Assembly (NCBI RefSeq): GCF_001194135.2
Contig: NC_068997.1
Span: 56,184,303 to 56,248,302 of the forward strand
Origin: Octopus bimaculoides
Lineage: Eukaryota
Direction of reading: 5' to 3'
Length of the DNA: 64,000 nucleotides
Position numbers and translations under genes: made by a program. Positions within the stretch are counted from its first letter, which is position 1, and every line of letters starts with the position of its first letter. Positions 12,877 through 26,054 of this stretch are shown piece after piece. The notes beneath the pieces were generated by a model. It made no database searches, was not told the origin of the DNA, and saw nothing but the letters and a program-made list of their open reading frames with translations.

Positions 12877-13702
12877 NNNNNNNNNNNNNNNNNNNNNNNN
12901 NNNNNNNNNNNNNNNNNNNNNNNNNNNNNNNNNNNNNNNNNNNNNNNNNNNNNNNNNNNNNNNNNNNNNNNNNNNNNNNNNNNNNNNNNNNNNNNNNNNN
13001 NNNNNNNNNNNNNNNNNNNNNNNNNNNNNNNNNNNNNNNNNNNNNNNNNNNNNNNNNNNNNNNNNNNNNNNNNNNNNNNNNNNNNNNNNNNNNNNNNNNN
13101 NNNNNNNNNNNNNNNNNNNNNNNNNNNNNNNNNNNNNNNNNNNNNNNNNNNNNNNNNNNNNNNNNNNNNNNNNNNNNNNNNNNNNNNNNNNNNNNNNNNN
13201 NNNNNNNNNNNNNNNNNNNNNNNNNNNNNNNNNNNNNNNNNNNNNNNNNNNNNNNNNNNNNNNNNNNNNNNNNNNNNNNNNNNNNNNNNNNNNNNNNNNN
13301 NNNNNNNNNNNNNNNNNNNNNNNNNNNNNNNNNNNNNNNNNNNNNNNNNNNNNNNNNNNNNNNNNNNNNNNNNNNNNNNNNNNNNNNNNNNNNNNNNNNN
13401 NNNNNNNNNNNNNNNNNNNNNNNNNNNNNNNNNNNNNNNNNNNNNNNNNNNNNNNNNNNNNNNNNNNNNNNNNNNNNNNNNNNNNNNNNNNNNNNNNNNN
13501 NNNNNNNNNNNNNNNNNNNNNNNNNNNNNNNNNNNNNNNNNNNNNNNNNNNNNNNNNNNNNNNNNNNNNNNNNNNNNNNNNNNNNNNNNNNNNNNNNNNN
13601 NNNNNNNNNNNNNNNNNNNNNNNNNNNNNNNNNNNNNNNNNNNNNNNNNNNNNNNNNNNNNNNNNNNNNNNNNNNNNNNNNNNNNNNNNNNNNNNNNNNN
13701 NN
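12877..13702. other. Assembly gap (N run)
   Basis: 826 N. Other gaps: 25341-25350, 32605-32614, 42539-42805, 47129-47244. Confidence 1.
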
Positions 13703-14029
13703 ATATATATATATATACACAGGCACATACATGCATATGTGTGTATATATTTGTTATTTTATCACACTTTTTAAAAAAAATTATAAATAAAAGAATTCCT
13801 AAAATGCATCAATTCTCTATTTTTTCTGTATTTCTAAAATGCCAATTCTACATGATCCTCCCCACAACAGGAATAATAAGTGCCACAAGACTAATGCCAT
13901 CATTGAAACCAATGATAGAAAAGAGTAAAGCATTTTTCATTAAGAACAATTTTATTGCAAGCTTAAAACTGGAATATGTTCACATGAAATATAGTCAGGG
14001 TACAACAGGTTGCTATTGTTGTTGTTATT

Positions 14030-14215
14030 GTTGTTGTCGTATATGCTCAGGTCAGCCATGATTGAGTGAACCAATGATCAAAGACATTCCATCTGTGACC
14101 ATCTCAACTGTTTCCAGTGTATCAGCATATTCTTTTCAAAGATGATGGGATGTGATTTGAGGGAAATTTGTCTGCTGGTTCTAGCAAGTCGAGTGACCAC
14201 ATAGAAGACCACAAT
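14030..14215 (+). mobile_element. Dispersed repeat family D (...TTTGAGGGA.ATTTG.CTGCT..TTCTAGCA)
   Basis: Related copies at about 25790-25920, 39365-39540, 40360-40570 and 56945-57075 (-). Probably a SINE. Confidence 0.65.
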
Positions 14216-14718
14216 CATTCTGAATAAAATCCATTGATTGCCAAAGATAATTATTCTATAAGACAGATTAGGTGAAGTCAATAAATTCCACTGCCATGAG
14301 GAATTTCCGAAATTTGATCCTCTTTGGGGAATAAGAAAATATTTCATGAAATGTGTTGTTGTTGTGTGGACAAAACAAAGTTAACTCTGCTATGATTTGA
14401 ACCGGGAACATTAGGGCAATAGATAAACTAGGTGAAAATATTTTGTCTAGCCCACAGTCATATGTTCTGTACTCATCTTTTGAATTAAATCTTTAAGCAC
14501 AACAATAATATTGTGAACCAATACAAACGATTGATTTGTTAGAAATAACACCAAAATCTTTTTAGTTTAAATATTGTCATCTCAGATGAAAGAAGGACCT
14601 ATTGGATGGGGTAGTCCATACGATGGAGTGGTCATGGGTAGCTGCAATGTTTTTGTTCAAAGATCAGCTCTGATTAGGGATGACCTGGTGGTAAACAATA
14701 ACAAACAACTACAGTGGC

Positions 14719-14751
<33 letters not shown>

Positions 14752-15486
14752 AACTAGAACAGCAAAAATAACCAGAAAGCAATAAGCAATGAACAAGAAC
14801 ATCAACAACTTTAGAAACATCAACGAATCTCCATCAACAAGAAGCATCAACATCATCATCATCAACAACAAATGTAAAATTAAATAAAGAGATAAAATAA
14901 CATCAATAACTGAAACATAATTAATCTCTAATTCTCTGAAATGAATTTGATTAATTTTTCTTAAAAAAAAAATAAGCAACACAAAAAAAAAAAACGAAAA
15001 ATAAAGCATAAAAGAATAAAGTAAAAAAGTAAAAAATGAACGTCTTCCAGCTTGCATCTTACATAATGGTTTTTTTTCTTTTGTGAAAATAAAATAAAAT
15101 GAAGCAGTGAGTTGCAAAAGTGTGTGTTTTCTGTCTGCATACGGTTAGAATAGCGTGGTGGGGGTGGTGGGGGAGTTTGATTTTTTTTTAACAAACAGGA
15201 GGAATATGAAGAGCAATGCGAAATATAATGAAATTAAAAATAATGTAAATAATAGTTGAATATAGACAGAACCAGGAGAAAGAGCGAAGAGAGGAAATAG
15301 CAAACAAGTTTTAATCATGTAGATTTATACAGACACAATATTTAAAAACATTATGAATATATGGGTATATATATATATGCATGTGTGCAGATGTGTGAGT
15401 TAGTAAAAGCTTAACTACGATCTCATACATAAGTATGTATGTATATATACATAGGTATATATATATCTATATAATATATGTATATA

Positions 15487-15572
<86 letters not shown>

Positions 15573-15791
15573 CATATATATATATACATACACGCATATA
15601 TGTATACATATATGTATATATATATATATATCCATATATATATATATACATTTAGATATGGATATATACTTATACACACACACATATATACACACACATG
15701 TATATATATATAAATATATACATATATATGTGTATGTATGCATATATGTGTGTATTTGAGCACAGGTGTATGTGTTCAATACAACACGTAT

Positions 15792-15838
<47 letters not shown>

Positions 15839-17603
15839 GAGAGAGAGAGAGAGAGAGAGAGAGTGAGAAAGAGAGACATGAGAGAAAGAAAGAGAGAGAG
15901 AGAGAGGGAGAGAGAGAGAGAGAATGAGAAACTAAATATTCTTGCATCATTATTCTAAGTTTCATGTTTCTGATTATTCAAACAATTAACAAAAGAAAGC
16001 AGCATGACAATATATAAGCCAAAATATCCGTAAACACATCAAAACATCATTGGAAATCGAGATTTGAGTTGTTGCAAAACGAAAAATGATAATAAATAAA
16101 AATACATAAATGACTAAATGCGTGACAAAATGTGTCAATAATCATCTATTTAATTGTCATGTACTGAACACATGATATAATCCTCCTTCACATACAAGAA
16201 GTTGCATTATTTTCATGTTTTCAGTATCATATGCGTAAAATACACAAAGACTAAGAATGTGGCTATTGTTAATGCAGTCTTAGTGTTAACTGCCTAATTT
16301 TTTCTTTCAGATTGTGGTCATATTTTATGTTATCTATTATGCGAAAAATAAACTACTCTACCAAGTTGTTATTTCAAAATTCCTTAATGAATATTGATGG
16401 AAGTTTCTTTAAAACTGCTGATGTAGGAAGCCATATTTGTTTGGGATACAAAACGATTTATCTTAGAACCAACAATTTAGCAGACAAGTGCTATAAGGGA
16501 CCTATTGAGTTTTATAGTTCTTAATATTATTCTTTAAACTCAAGATATATTCATGTCCGAACGTATAAATTTGTTACTAAATTCATATTTTAAAGGGATT
16601 TTCAGTAAGGTCCATGAAGAATTTTGTGTCACAGTTATGTGTGAGAAAAACCTTAGTGACATTAGTGAATGAGGGATCAGAATGTATCACATGTCCAGGA
16701 GTGGAAAATGAATAGATCGCTGTGTGATGCATTTCAAATATTTACCTTTCTTACCAACCAATCAAATCATGATGATTATTCACATTTTGATGTGATTACA
16801 AATACTTTTACTTCTATATTATTATATTGTTTCTTTCTAGAATAGAACTTCTCTGCTTTAAGGTCTGAAAGGTAAGATCTTCTCTGCTCTGATGATAGAG
16901 GCTTGTCTCTCCCAATGTTAAATGTATCCATACGATCCCATTTTGGGATGAACTAAATCTACCAACATTATTATGGATTACTGAGACCCCAGAAACAGTT
17001 GTTGGACTCATAATGCCTTTTTTCCACCCCTTCAATTTTCTCTTTCTTTTGTACTCTGTGTAAGTTGGACCTATTTATATAACTATCTATATATTTACAC
17101 TATCCCTTTTGCATTCATATATTAACAGTTTAGATCTTAATTATAAAAGAACATGAAACCATTATTCTATGCTAATTTAGTTAATTGTATGATAGAAATT
17201 TAAATGTAGTAAAATGTTTTAAAAGAAATTTAAAGTGCCTATGTGATAACTGTAAACCTAGTTTTGGGCCACCCTGTATTTATGGAAAAATAAGAATGTG
17301 ATTAGTTATATAAGGTCAAGCAAACCACACTGTCTTCCTACCCAGTCAGGCCTTCACAGTCATGATGTCAGATGCAATAAAGCAACTCATGTATTGGTGT
17401 ATGTATTGGTGGAGACAAAGACATAATGTTGTAGAGAAGGAATGTATACTCTAAGAACACACACACATATGTGTATATACACTAGGTGCATACCTTACAC
17501 AGTTTGTGCATATATACATAGACACGTTTATAAGTATACATGTATATAGATAAATGTTTCATACATATAAGATTAAATACATCAATGTATGTATGTATGT
17601 ATG

Positions 17604-17646
<43 letters not shown>

Positions 17647-18109
17647 GCTCACACATATATATATATATACAAATATATACATATGTGTGTGTATCCACAT
17701 ATGTATGTGTATATATACATGTATATATATATATACACATTCATATAGTTTATGTATTTATACACACACACACATGCACACATCCACACACATCCACACG
17801 TCTCTATTTCCATATTTCCCTGTAGGTACATTGGTGTGAAATGATGTTTGCATGGTCTTTTGTCAGTACCCAGGAGATAGGTAAATACAAAAATTTATTC
17901 CATATATTTAACCACCATGGTTTCAGTTTAGCAAACACTTCACATCGATCAAATATGCGGAAAATGGAATGTATATCTTGGTAAGCATAAAACATTCTCA
18001 TTAAAATAATGAAAATTTTTTACCTTTACATGTGTTCAGCTAAAAGGCTTGGATGGTGTTGTATCAAAAATGTATGCTACAAATTTCTTTACTTTAAATG
18101 GTGAACTGC

Positions 18110-18280
18110 TAAAACATTACAGTTCTATATTCAAGAGATGAGGAATTATTTACATTATTTACAATTGACGGATATTTGTCATCTTGTTTGTTGTTAACAC
18201 AACGTTTCAGGTGATATACCCTCCAGCCTTCATCAGGTGTCTTGGGGAAATTTCGAACCTGGGTTCTCATTCCTAAGGTT
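18110..18280 (-). mobile_element. Penelope-like terminal repeat or non-autonomous retroelement fragment carrying a hammerhead motif
   Basis: A second copy lies at 26055-26195. It contains CCTGATGAAGG...GAAACGTT on the minus strand. No RT or GIY-YIG coding sequence adjacent. Confidence 0.7.
18196..18241 (-). ncRNA. Minimal type I hammerhead ribozyme motif (near-intact)
   Basis: GACAC CTGATGA AGG(C)TG GAGGGTATAT CACCT GAAA CGT T GTGTT: stem I GACAC/GTGTT, full core, stem II with one bulge, palindromic ACGT stem III, GUU cleavage triplet. Confidence 0.75.
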
Positions 18281-18565
18281 AAGAACGTGGGCTACTAACC
18301 TCAAGATTCCAAGTTCAATTCCAGGCAGTGACCTGAATAATAATAAAAAGCACTCATGGAAGTGCCATGTGAAAGAACTCGTGCAGTGCCATGTAAAAGC
18401 ACCCAACACACTCTGTAAAGTGTTTGGTGTTAGGATGGGCATCCAGTCACAGAAAGCGTGCCCAATCAGACTGGAGCCTGGTGCAACCCCCAACTTTCCA
18501 GCTCTGGTCAAACCATCCAACCCATGCAAGCATGGAGAATGGATGTTAAATGATGATGATGATGT
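18280..18565 (+). mobile_element. SINE family C (tRNA-like head; tail ...CAGACTGGAGCCTGGTGCA...ATGGA.AATGGATGTTAAATGATGATG)
   Basis: Related copies at 20335-20495, 50340-50520, 55480-55700, and on the minus strand at 1480-1665 and 19740-19935. Confidence 0.75.
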
Positions 18566-18800
18566 TGGACTGAATGGTGTTGTGCTAGGAAGATACCTAA
18601 TTGGTAAGGTGTGTGAATAATTGGCACTGTCTCTTCGTGTTATTATATCTATGTCATTTATAGTCAGACCAAGAATATTTAAATCTCTTACAAGGGTATT
18701 TATCCAAGATACACTAGTTTAATATATTAAGTTTTGAAGAGATAACCCTTCAATGAATATATTATATAAAATATTATAAAATATCAAATATTATTGTCAA

Positions 18801-18886
18801 GTTAGAAAACAGAGATCTAATGGATACAAATTAATTTATTAATTAATAAATTAGTTTGTATCCATCAGATCTCTCTGTTTTCTAAC
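18801..18886. repeat. 86-bp near-perfect palindrome flanked by TCAA direct repeats (micro-MITE or hairpin)
   Basis: GTTAGAAAACAGAGATCTAATGGATACAAATTAATTTATT vs reverse complement of the right arm GTTAGAAAACAGAGAGATCTGATGGATACAAACTAATTTATT: 2 mismatches and a 2-nt indel. TCAA at 18797-18800 and 18887-18890. Confidence 0.85.
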
Positions 18887-21807
18887 TCAACTAGCTTTAA
18901 TCATAACAAGGTTTTTAAAAGATAATTGTTAATTACAGGTATTCTTTTATTAGTTTCTGATTTAATAAGGATATCTTTGTATTATCTATTAAATTACTGG
19001 TATAAGTTTAGCATTAAAGCATGTATGGATAAAGAATATTTAATAGGTTTGGAGTGTTTTAATTATTAACTTTTGGGTTATGAAATAGTGTAATTCACTC
19101 AGAATTAGTTATATTATTAGTTTAGTTAAGTTCAATTAAGTTTGTTATGTTTTAGAAAGAATAGAATATAAATACTTTCACTTTTACATTAATAACTATG
19201 GAAGACTGGAGGGAAGATTATCTGTTTGGACCTCAAGGGCTGGGTTGCTATTTAGTTAGATAATTTAGGAGTTTGTTATAGGTTTACTTATAGAATTATT
19301 AATTTAATTTACTTATAGAATTATTAGTTTAATTAATAATATTAGTGTTTAATCCTTCCTAGAATTAAGATTGAATGAATGTGGTGATATCCAAGGTATG
19401 TTTGTTCCCAATCAACACTTATTTTAGTGCTGTTGACACTGCTGGATTAAATAGTACTGTCCGGATGCCAAAACCATAGTGATATTGTGATATCCATGAG
19501 GCAGCTTATGATGGAAGTGTGTTGGATTGTTGGTATGGCCGTTGTTGCTTGTGTGGAATAGTTTTATAAGACATCCATTTGATATATGAATCAATATATT
19601 TGTCAACTCATTTTTTTCTTAATATTTGAAGCATTTTTATACAATTTCATTTAGAATGTATTCTCTGCCACTGGATCAGTAGGTAAAGGTTCTGTGTTAG
19701 CGTTAGTAAATAAATAAATAAGTAGATTATATCATCATCATCATCATCGTCGTCGTCGTTGTCGTTGTCGTCGTCGTCGTCGTTGTTGTCGTGGACAGAA
19801 TTTGTTGAGGCAGATATTTTTATAGCCAGAAACCCTCCTTGTTGCCATCCCTTCCATAATCAGACCCGTTTACGTGGAAGACGGGAAATGAAGGACAAAA
19901 CTTGCATGATGACTACATCCTCTCAGATCTATCCAATGATGTGAAAGCAAGGGTAGAAACACACATACACACACACACACACACACATACGCACATACAC
20001 GCACACAAACATGCACACATATGTACACACACACATATAAATATGGTTGCGGATTCAGTCCCATTATGTGGAACCCTGTGCAAGTGTCTTCTGCTGTAGC
20101 CCTGGGCTGACCAAAATCTGGTTAGTGGAATTGGCAGATGGAATTGAAAGCAGTCCATGGTATAGGTGCATTTGAGTTGTACATCAGAAACAGCTCAATA
20201 ATGTAAGCATTACCAATATCGCATGCTTAATGTGTGTGTGTGTGTGTGTGTGTGCATGCATTTGTTTGTCCTTGTCTTGACATCACGTGATGGTAGTAAA
20301 TTAGTATCCCCATCATGCAGTGACATTGATTTCCAACATTCTGTGAAAACAATGTCTGTCTGTGTGAAAATATTACTTTGCTTGGAATATAGGTGAGGGT
20401 TGGTGACAGGAAAGGCATACAGCCATAACAGACTCTGTGTAACGTATGCAAGCATGGAAAAGTGGATATTATAATGATGACAATGATGATGATGATATGC
20501 ATGCACATATGCTACAAACATACATACATATGTGTCTGTGTGTTTATTATATTTATATGTGTTATATTCATATGTGTGTGCGTGTGTGTAAAGTAACAAA
20601 ATATTAAGCAGTTGTCTATTTATCACACAAGAGTATGAAATATATATCCATAGTCATCTTTATTCCTTCCTCTTGCTTGAGGATGCAATAAAATGGAACC
20701 TGAATAATGTATCTCCACTTAATTTCTGAACAAGAAATATCTAAAACGGAGCCAAATTCCTCCCAATAGTATGATTCTTATCTATCTTGCAAAGAGCAAT
20801 TGCTTATTATAGTAAATTGTGTTTTAGTTTTTATGAAAAATTGATAAAGCTTTTATAAGTGTGCGAGCAGTCTTAATAACTACACTGCTGTTTCTAATGT
20901 TGGCTGATGAATAGGAGGGGGAGGAAAGGGGAAAGGAAATTTCTGGTTTCCAATGTCTTGGTTTGTGTTTTTGTTGTTTTTGATTTGTGGGTACATAAGT
21001 GCAAGTAAAGCAAAGAATGCTCTAACATTCTGTAAGATGCTGCAGAAACACGATGCCTTGCCAAATTTTAGATTAAACATTTCCATGGATTCTTGCAAAG
21101 TGTTTCTGAAATCCAGAGATTTAATTAAGAATTATCAACTTATTTGAGAAGTGAGTGTAATTGACCAGAAGCAGCAGGAGGGAGGGGGGGAGGAGATTTC
21201 TTGGATTTGATGGGTGAAATAATATCAGAAATTAGTGACAAAATTGAGGAAGTTAAGAAAATTTGGAGGCTTTTTGGCTGGGAGAATACATTAAGGGTGA
21301 AAGGGTAGGTTACTTTGGAATATCATTTTTAGTGAGGTTAAGAAGAACAGAGACAGTCAGGCTGGGAATTGGTGGTGGAATGGCTGCATATTCTTGAGAG
21401 AATTGCTCTTGTTTAGAGGAAGAGCAGTTTGCTTTGTGTCAATAGTTTAACATGTTTTCTTATGACATCGTCAGAGGTGAAAGGACAGAAAACATTATCA
21501 TCGATCAGAGACATCAATATTGATGGAAAGAAAAGATGAAACCATGGTTTGTACATTGCTACTTCTGTAGGAATCATTGTACCAAGATATCAAAGACCTA
21601 AGATAAATTCTTGGGAACAGATTTAGTTCTTTTTGATATATCTAAGGTACAGATAGCAGAAATAAACTGAAGAAGAGATTAAGTGGTGGGAATCAAGGGA
21701 TTAGCAAAATATGTTTTGTGAATTAATGGATTATTTAGAAAAGAATCATTAGAACATTGAATAAAATACACTGTGAGATTTTATTACGATAAATGTAAAC
21801 AAACCAA

Positions 21808-22052
21808 CATTCATTGCAAGGAAAAACATTCAAAGATTTAGATGGAGTCAAAATGCATTTAGATAACATTTTTTTTCTTCAAAACCAGTCAAATTTTATG
21901 CGGATGGAATATTGAAATTGCCTGATAGATGGGCAAAGGTCATTAAAAATAATGGAAATTATTTCATTTAACAAAAATTTAATGAAAGGTCAATTTTTTG
22001 TGTCCCTTTTAGCATATTTAAAAAGACTCAGAAGTTTCCGGACAACCCAATA
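21808..22052 (+). mobile_element. Mariner transposon 3' end relic
   Basis: HSLQGKTFKDLDGVKMHLDN..FSSKPVKFYADGILKLPDRWAKVIKNNGNYFI* is a mariner transposase C-terminus. It is followed by the 3' TIR AAGTTTCCGGACAACCCAA|TA. Confidence 0.85.
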
Positions 22053-22804
22053 ATATACAATGAGGTTTGTTGCTTCTCATTCTCTTTGTAAGGATCAGAA
22101 ATTTTAGGATTTTAAGAGAATCTTGCTCATTGATATATAACCTAAAATTGGGATTTGTAGTGGCAGCTAGAGAGGGAAAGAAGGAGGGATTTCAGGGGAA
22201 ATTAGCTGCTATTTCTAAATGTTGAGATACACAAATTTAGTGTAAGTTTGAATTTTATTCAAAAACTGGATGTTATAAAAATAAATATTTGGAAGATTAT
22301 CTCCTTTAGCATTATGACAGATCTTATTAAGCAGATTAGAATTAAAAGATTCCTGCTATGCCCACCTCTACTTTCTTTAGAACTGAATTGTTATTAAATG
22401 TTCTTTATTTTAAAGACAGAGGTGGAATTTTTACTACTTCTAGCAGAGCAAGCATCCACATAGTGGTGCTGTCTTCAGCTCATCTTTCAGAACATATATT
22501 TTTGTCTTTGCTCGGCAAATTACAGGAAGAATAGTTATCGATATTAACCTCATTATCTGTTTATCATAACAATTAATTCAGAGATTCATTAGCAATTTCA
22601 CCTTGAACTAATTTTGCTCAATGCTTAATTATCCCTTAGCTTGGTGCAGGTAAATATATTTAACCTTGGATGGCTTATACACACACACACACACACACAT
22701 GCACATGCACACATACACTCACTCACACACTCAATCAAAAACACATAGACATGTATACACATATACAAATGTTCACACATGCCCATACACTCTCACACAC
22801 ACAC

Positions 22805-23540
22805 AGGTTCCCTCTACAGTTAGAGATCAGAAATTCTTTACACAGCTGTCCTCATCCATATGCATCACATGACCATACCAGCACAGTCATCTTTCTTGCA
22901 TAAACATGCACACTGACATTGCACATCCAGCGAAACATATCGGCTTCATTTCTTTCAAGACTACGCATGTCCTCGGCCATCACAGCCCATGTTTCACTGC
23001 CATGTCGCATAGCTATTCACACACAGGCATCATACAGTCTGCCTTTCCCTCTGAGGGAGAGGCTCTTTGTTGCCAGCAGAAGTAGAAGCTCTCTGCACTT
23101 TGCCCAGCATATTATTATTCTCACAGCTATGCTCTTGGAGCATCGACCTCCACTACAAACTTGGTCACCCAGATAAGGAAAGCTATCTACTATCTCTACC
23201 TTACCTCCCTGGCAGTTGATAGAGTCTATTTTCTGTACATTTTCAGTGTTTATTGTACCTATGCATGTTCTACACATAAAAACTATCTTCCCAGTTAACC
23301 TCCCTCTGATATTGCTGCACCTCTTATGTGTCCATAGCTTACACTGGGTACATCTTATGGAGTTTCTGCCTATGCCTTTCCTACAGATCGAGCAGGGCCA
23401 TCTACCTGAAGGGTTTTGTGATTTGTCTGCCTTTCTTCTTACTAAGACTGGGTCTTCCTAGGTTAACTCGAAGGCCCTTCGATTCTAGACCTTAACTGAA
23501 ACTTCTTCTGGTAGTGATTCAGCTATAAAAACAAAGGCAA
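22805..23540 (-). mobile_element. RTE-clade LINE fragment, second copy of the 4893-5577 family (frameshifted)
   Basis: PCSICRKGIGRNSIRCTQCKLWTHKRCSNIRGRLTGKIVFMCRTC, DSFPYLGDQVCSGG, AKCRELLLLL, WYGHVMHMDEDSCVK. It has an internal deletion near 22905 and ends in (TG)n. Confidence 0.9.
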
Positions 23541-23542
23541 AC

Positions 23543-23581
<39 letters not shown>

Positions 23582-23650
23582 GTATGTGTGTATATGTGTG
23601 TGTGTATGCATATATATTTGCATATATGTATATACATATGTGTGTATGTG

Positions 23651-23690
<40 letters not shown>

Positions 23691-24740
23691 GGTTATCATG
23701 CTCCTAAGGTATTCAGAATTCTATCTGTGATATCAAAACTACCAGCAGTCTATGGTTAGGCAGCTGATGTAGGATTAATTTCCAATTGTTCCATCTGTTA
23801 TGTGTCTTTGTTTGTTTGTATTTCTTATAGTTATGATTGCCAATGCACACGGGTACATTTTCCCACATGTTCTGCAAAATATAGATATGTATATATATGC
23901 ACATACATGTATGAATGTGTGAACATGTCTTTACATGGTTGCAAATATGTGTCTGTGTATGTGTGTATCTCACACAGAAGTATATTGGCATGGCATTGCC
24001 AAAAGAAATTGTAAAAATCTCAAGGCCTTACTAATGAAGTCCTTTGAGATATTTGTTCTGCCTTGACATTGACATTCTCTTGTCACTGTCTCAATTACAA
24101 AATGTATTGAATCATTAATTAACCCATTGGAACATTGTAACAAGCGATCTTATTGTACATCAAAATGTAATAGAAAATACATAGAAATGAATAAACAACC
24201 CGGTAGATCTGTGTCAATACTATTGAGTATACACACGTGTATGTATGTGTGTGTATGTGTGTGTGTGTCTGTATCTGTACCAAAGCATGTGTATGTTAAA
24301 GCCCATGAAGATGTGTACGGCCGTGTGTGTGTGTGTCAGCTCATAAAACTACATTGTTTCAAATAATGCAACAACTCTATGGAGAAAGAGAAAGCAGTTA
24401 GAATCGCTTTTGTGATGCTGTTAGTTAAATATATTTACTTAAAGATTGGCTCTGATCAGATTGCAGAATCGATACTAATATTAGATTCTGGTTTATAGCT
24501 GCTACATTCTTTCTTTGTCTTTTATTTTTCTTACTATTTACAAGTAGTTGCAAGGCAATTACGTGTGCATGGAAATATTCTCCAACACATTCATATGAAC
24601 ATATATGTGCATACATATATGTATGCACACACACACAGAAGTAGATGTGCACACACAGATAGGAACACACACACACAGACTGACACACATTTGCACATAC
24701 ACTCACACACACACATATACAAATGCACACATTAGGGTAG

Positions 24741-24776
<36 letters not shown>

Positions 24777-25284
24777 ATACATGCACACACAGAAGTAGAT
24801 GTACACACACAGATAGGAACACACATAGACTGACACACATACACATAGCTACACATATGCACATACACTCAGACATGCATATACACGTACACACATATCG
24901 CATTTGCTTTACAAAACTGAAAGACATACATTGATGCGTATGGTTCGGGTTGAGAATGTGCTTGCACGTGTGCACATGTGTGCACATGTGTGTGCATTTT
25001 TGCATGTGCATCAGTGTGTGCATGTGTCACTGCATGTGTATGCATGAGTGTGGGTGTATGCATCACTGTGTGTGTATTACGTCAGTGCGTCTGTATGCGT
25101 CAGTGTGTGTCTATTTGTCAGTGTATGTGTGTTCTCACCAGTTCTTGACACATATATATATATATTCTACACCAAAACAGCATCCGTCTCCCTCTCTCTC
25201 TCTCCCTCTCTCTCTCCTTCTCTCTCTCTCCTTCTCTCTCTCTCTCTCCCTCTCTCTCTCTCCCTCTCCCTCTCTCTCCCTCTC

Positions 25285-25320
<36 letters not shown>

Positions 25321-25355
25321 CCTCTGCAGAAACGATGCTGNNNNNNNNNNCTCTC

Positions 25356-25391
<36 letters not shown>

Positions 25392-26054
25392 CCTCTGCAG
25401 AAACGATGCTGGTGTTCTGGCGTTAGTGTGGCTGTTGTAGAAATGTGCTTAGAAAACTTTTGCCTAGTTAATGTCGAAGACATTCACTTTCCATTATGAC
25501 GAGGAGTTATCTTTATGGTGTCTGAGAATGGTATTGAGACGTGGGTGGAGAAGGGAGTTGCGGACAGGTGGGAGTAACCAAATTTTGGTGTGTAAGTGCT
25601 ATGCAAAGCCGGGAGACAGTTTGAGAATATATTTATTGAGAATGTTCCAAAGACTTGCTGCTGGTTCCATAATTGTACAGGATTTAACTGCTCTGTAAAT
25701 GTGTGAATGTTGAAGAAAGCTAATACAGTCAATGTCTACAGTGTTGCTGCTGGTGGTGGTGGTGGTGGTGGTGGTGGTGGTGGTGGTAATGTTGTTTAAC
25801 CCCAGGTCTGCCCTGATCAGGAAGAACTATGATTAAAGGCAAGTAACCTAGACCTTCCAATGTTTTTACAGACATAGTTTATCTAGGAGTATATTAACCA
25901 TCATGGCCTTTCCTTCTTTAAACCAATCGGAAGAAAACTTGGTTTCTATTTCTTTTACTGTTGTTATTCATGCGATTATGTTGGAGCTCACTTGAACTGT
26001 AGCACACTTTTGTTTGTCGCACCAGTTAACCATCACTCAGTAAATGTATACAGA

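Noticed and set aside
18290-18340. tRNA gene (and other SINE heads)
   Set aside because: Only B-box-like remnants within SINEs are present; there is no complete cloverleaf.
18660-19380. G/T-skewed AT-rich block as a mitochondrial insertion (NUMT)
   Set aside because: I recognised no rRNA, tRNA or mitochondrial protein motif, and the trial frame I translated had stops even in the invertebrate mitochondrial code. A BLAST search against the mitogenome would settle it.
25321-25410. Direct duplication of CCCTCTGCAGAAACGATGCTG
   Set aside because: The copies flank a 10-N scaffold gap, so this is most likely a contig-overlap artefact.
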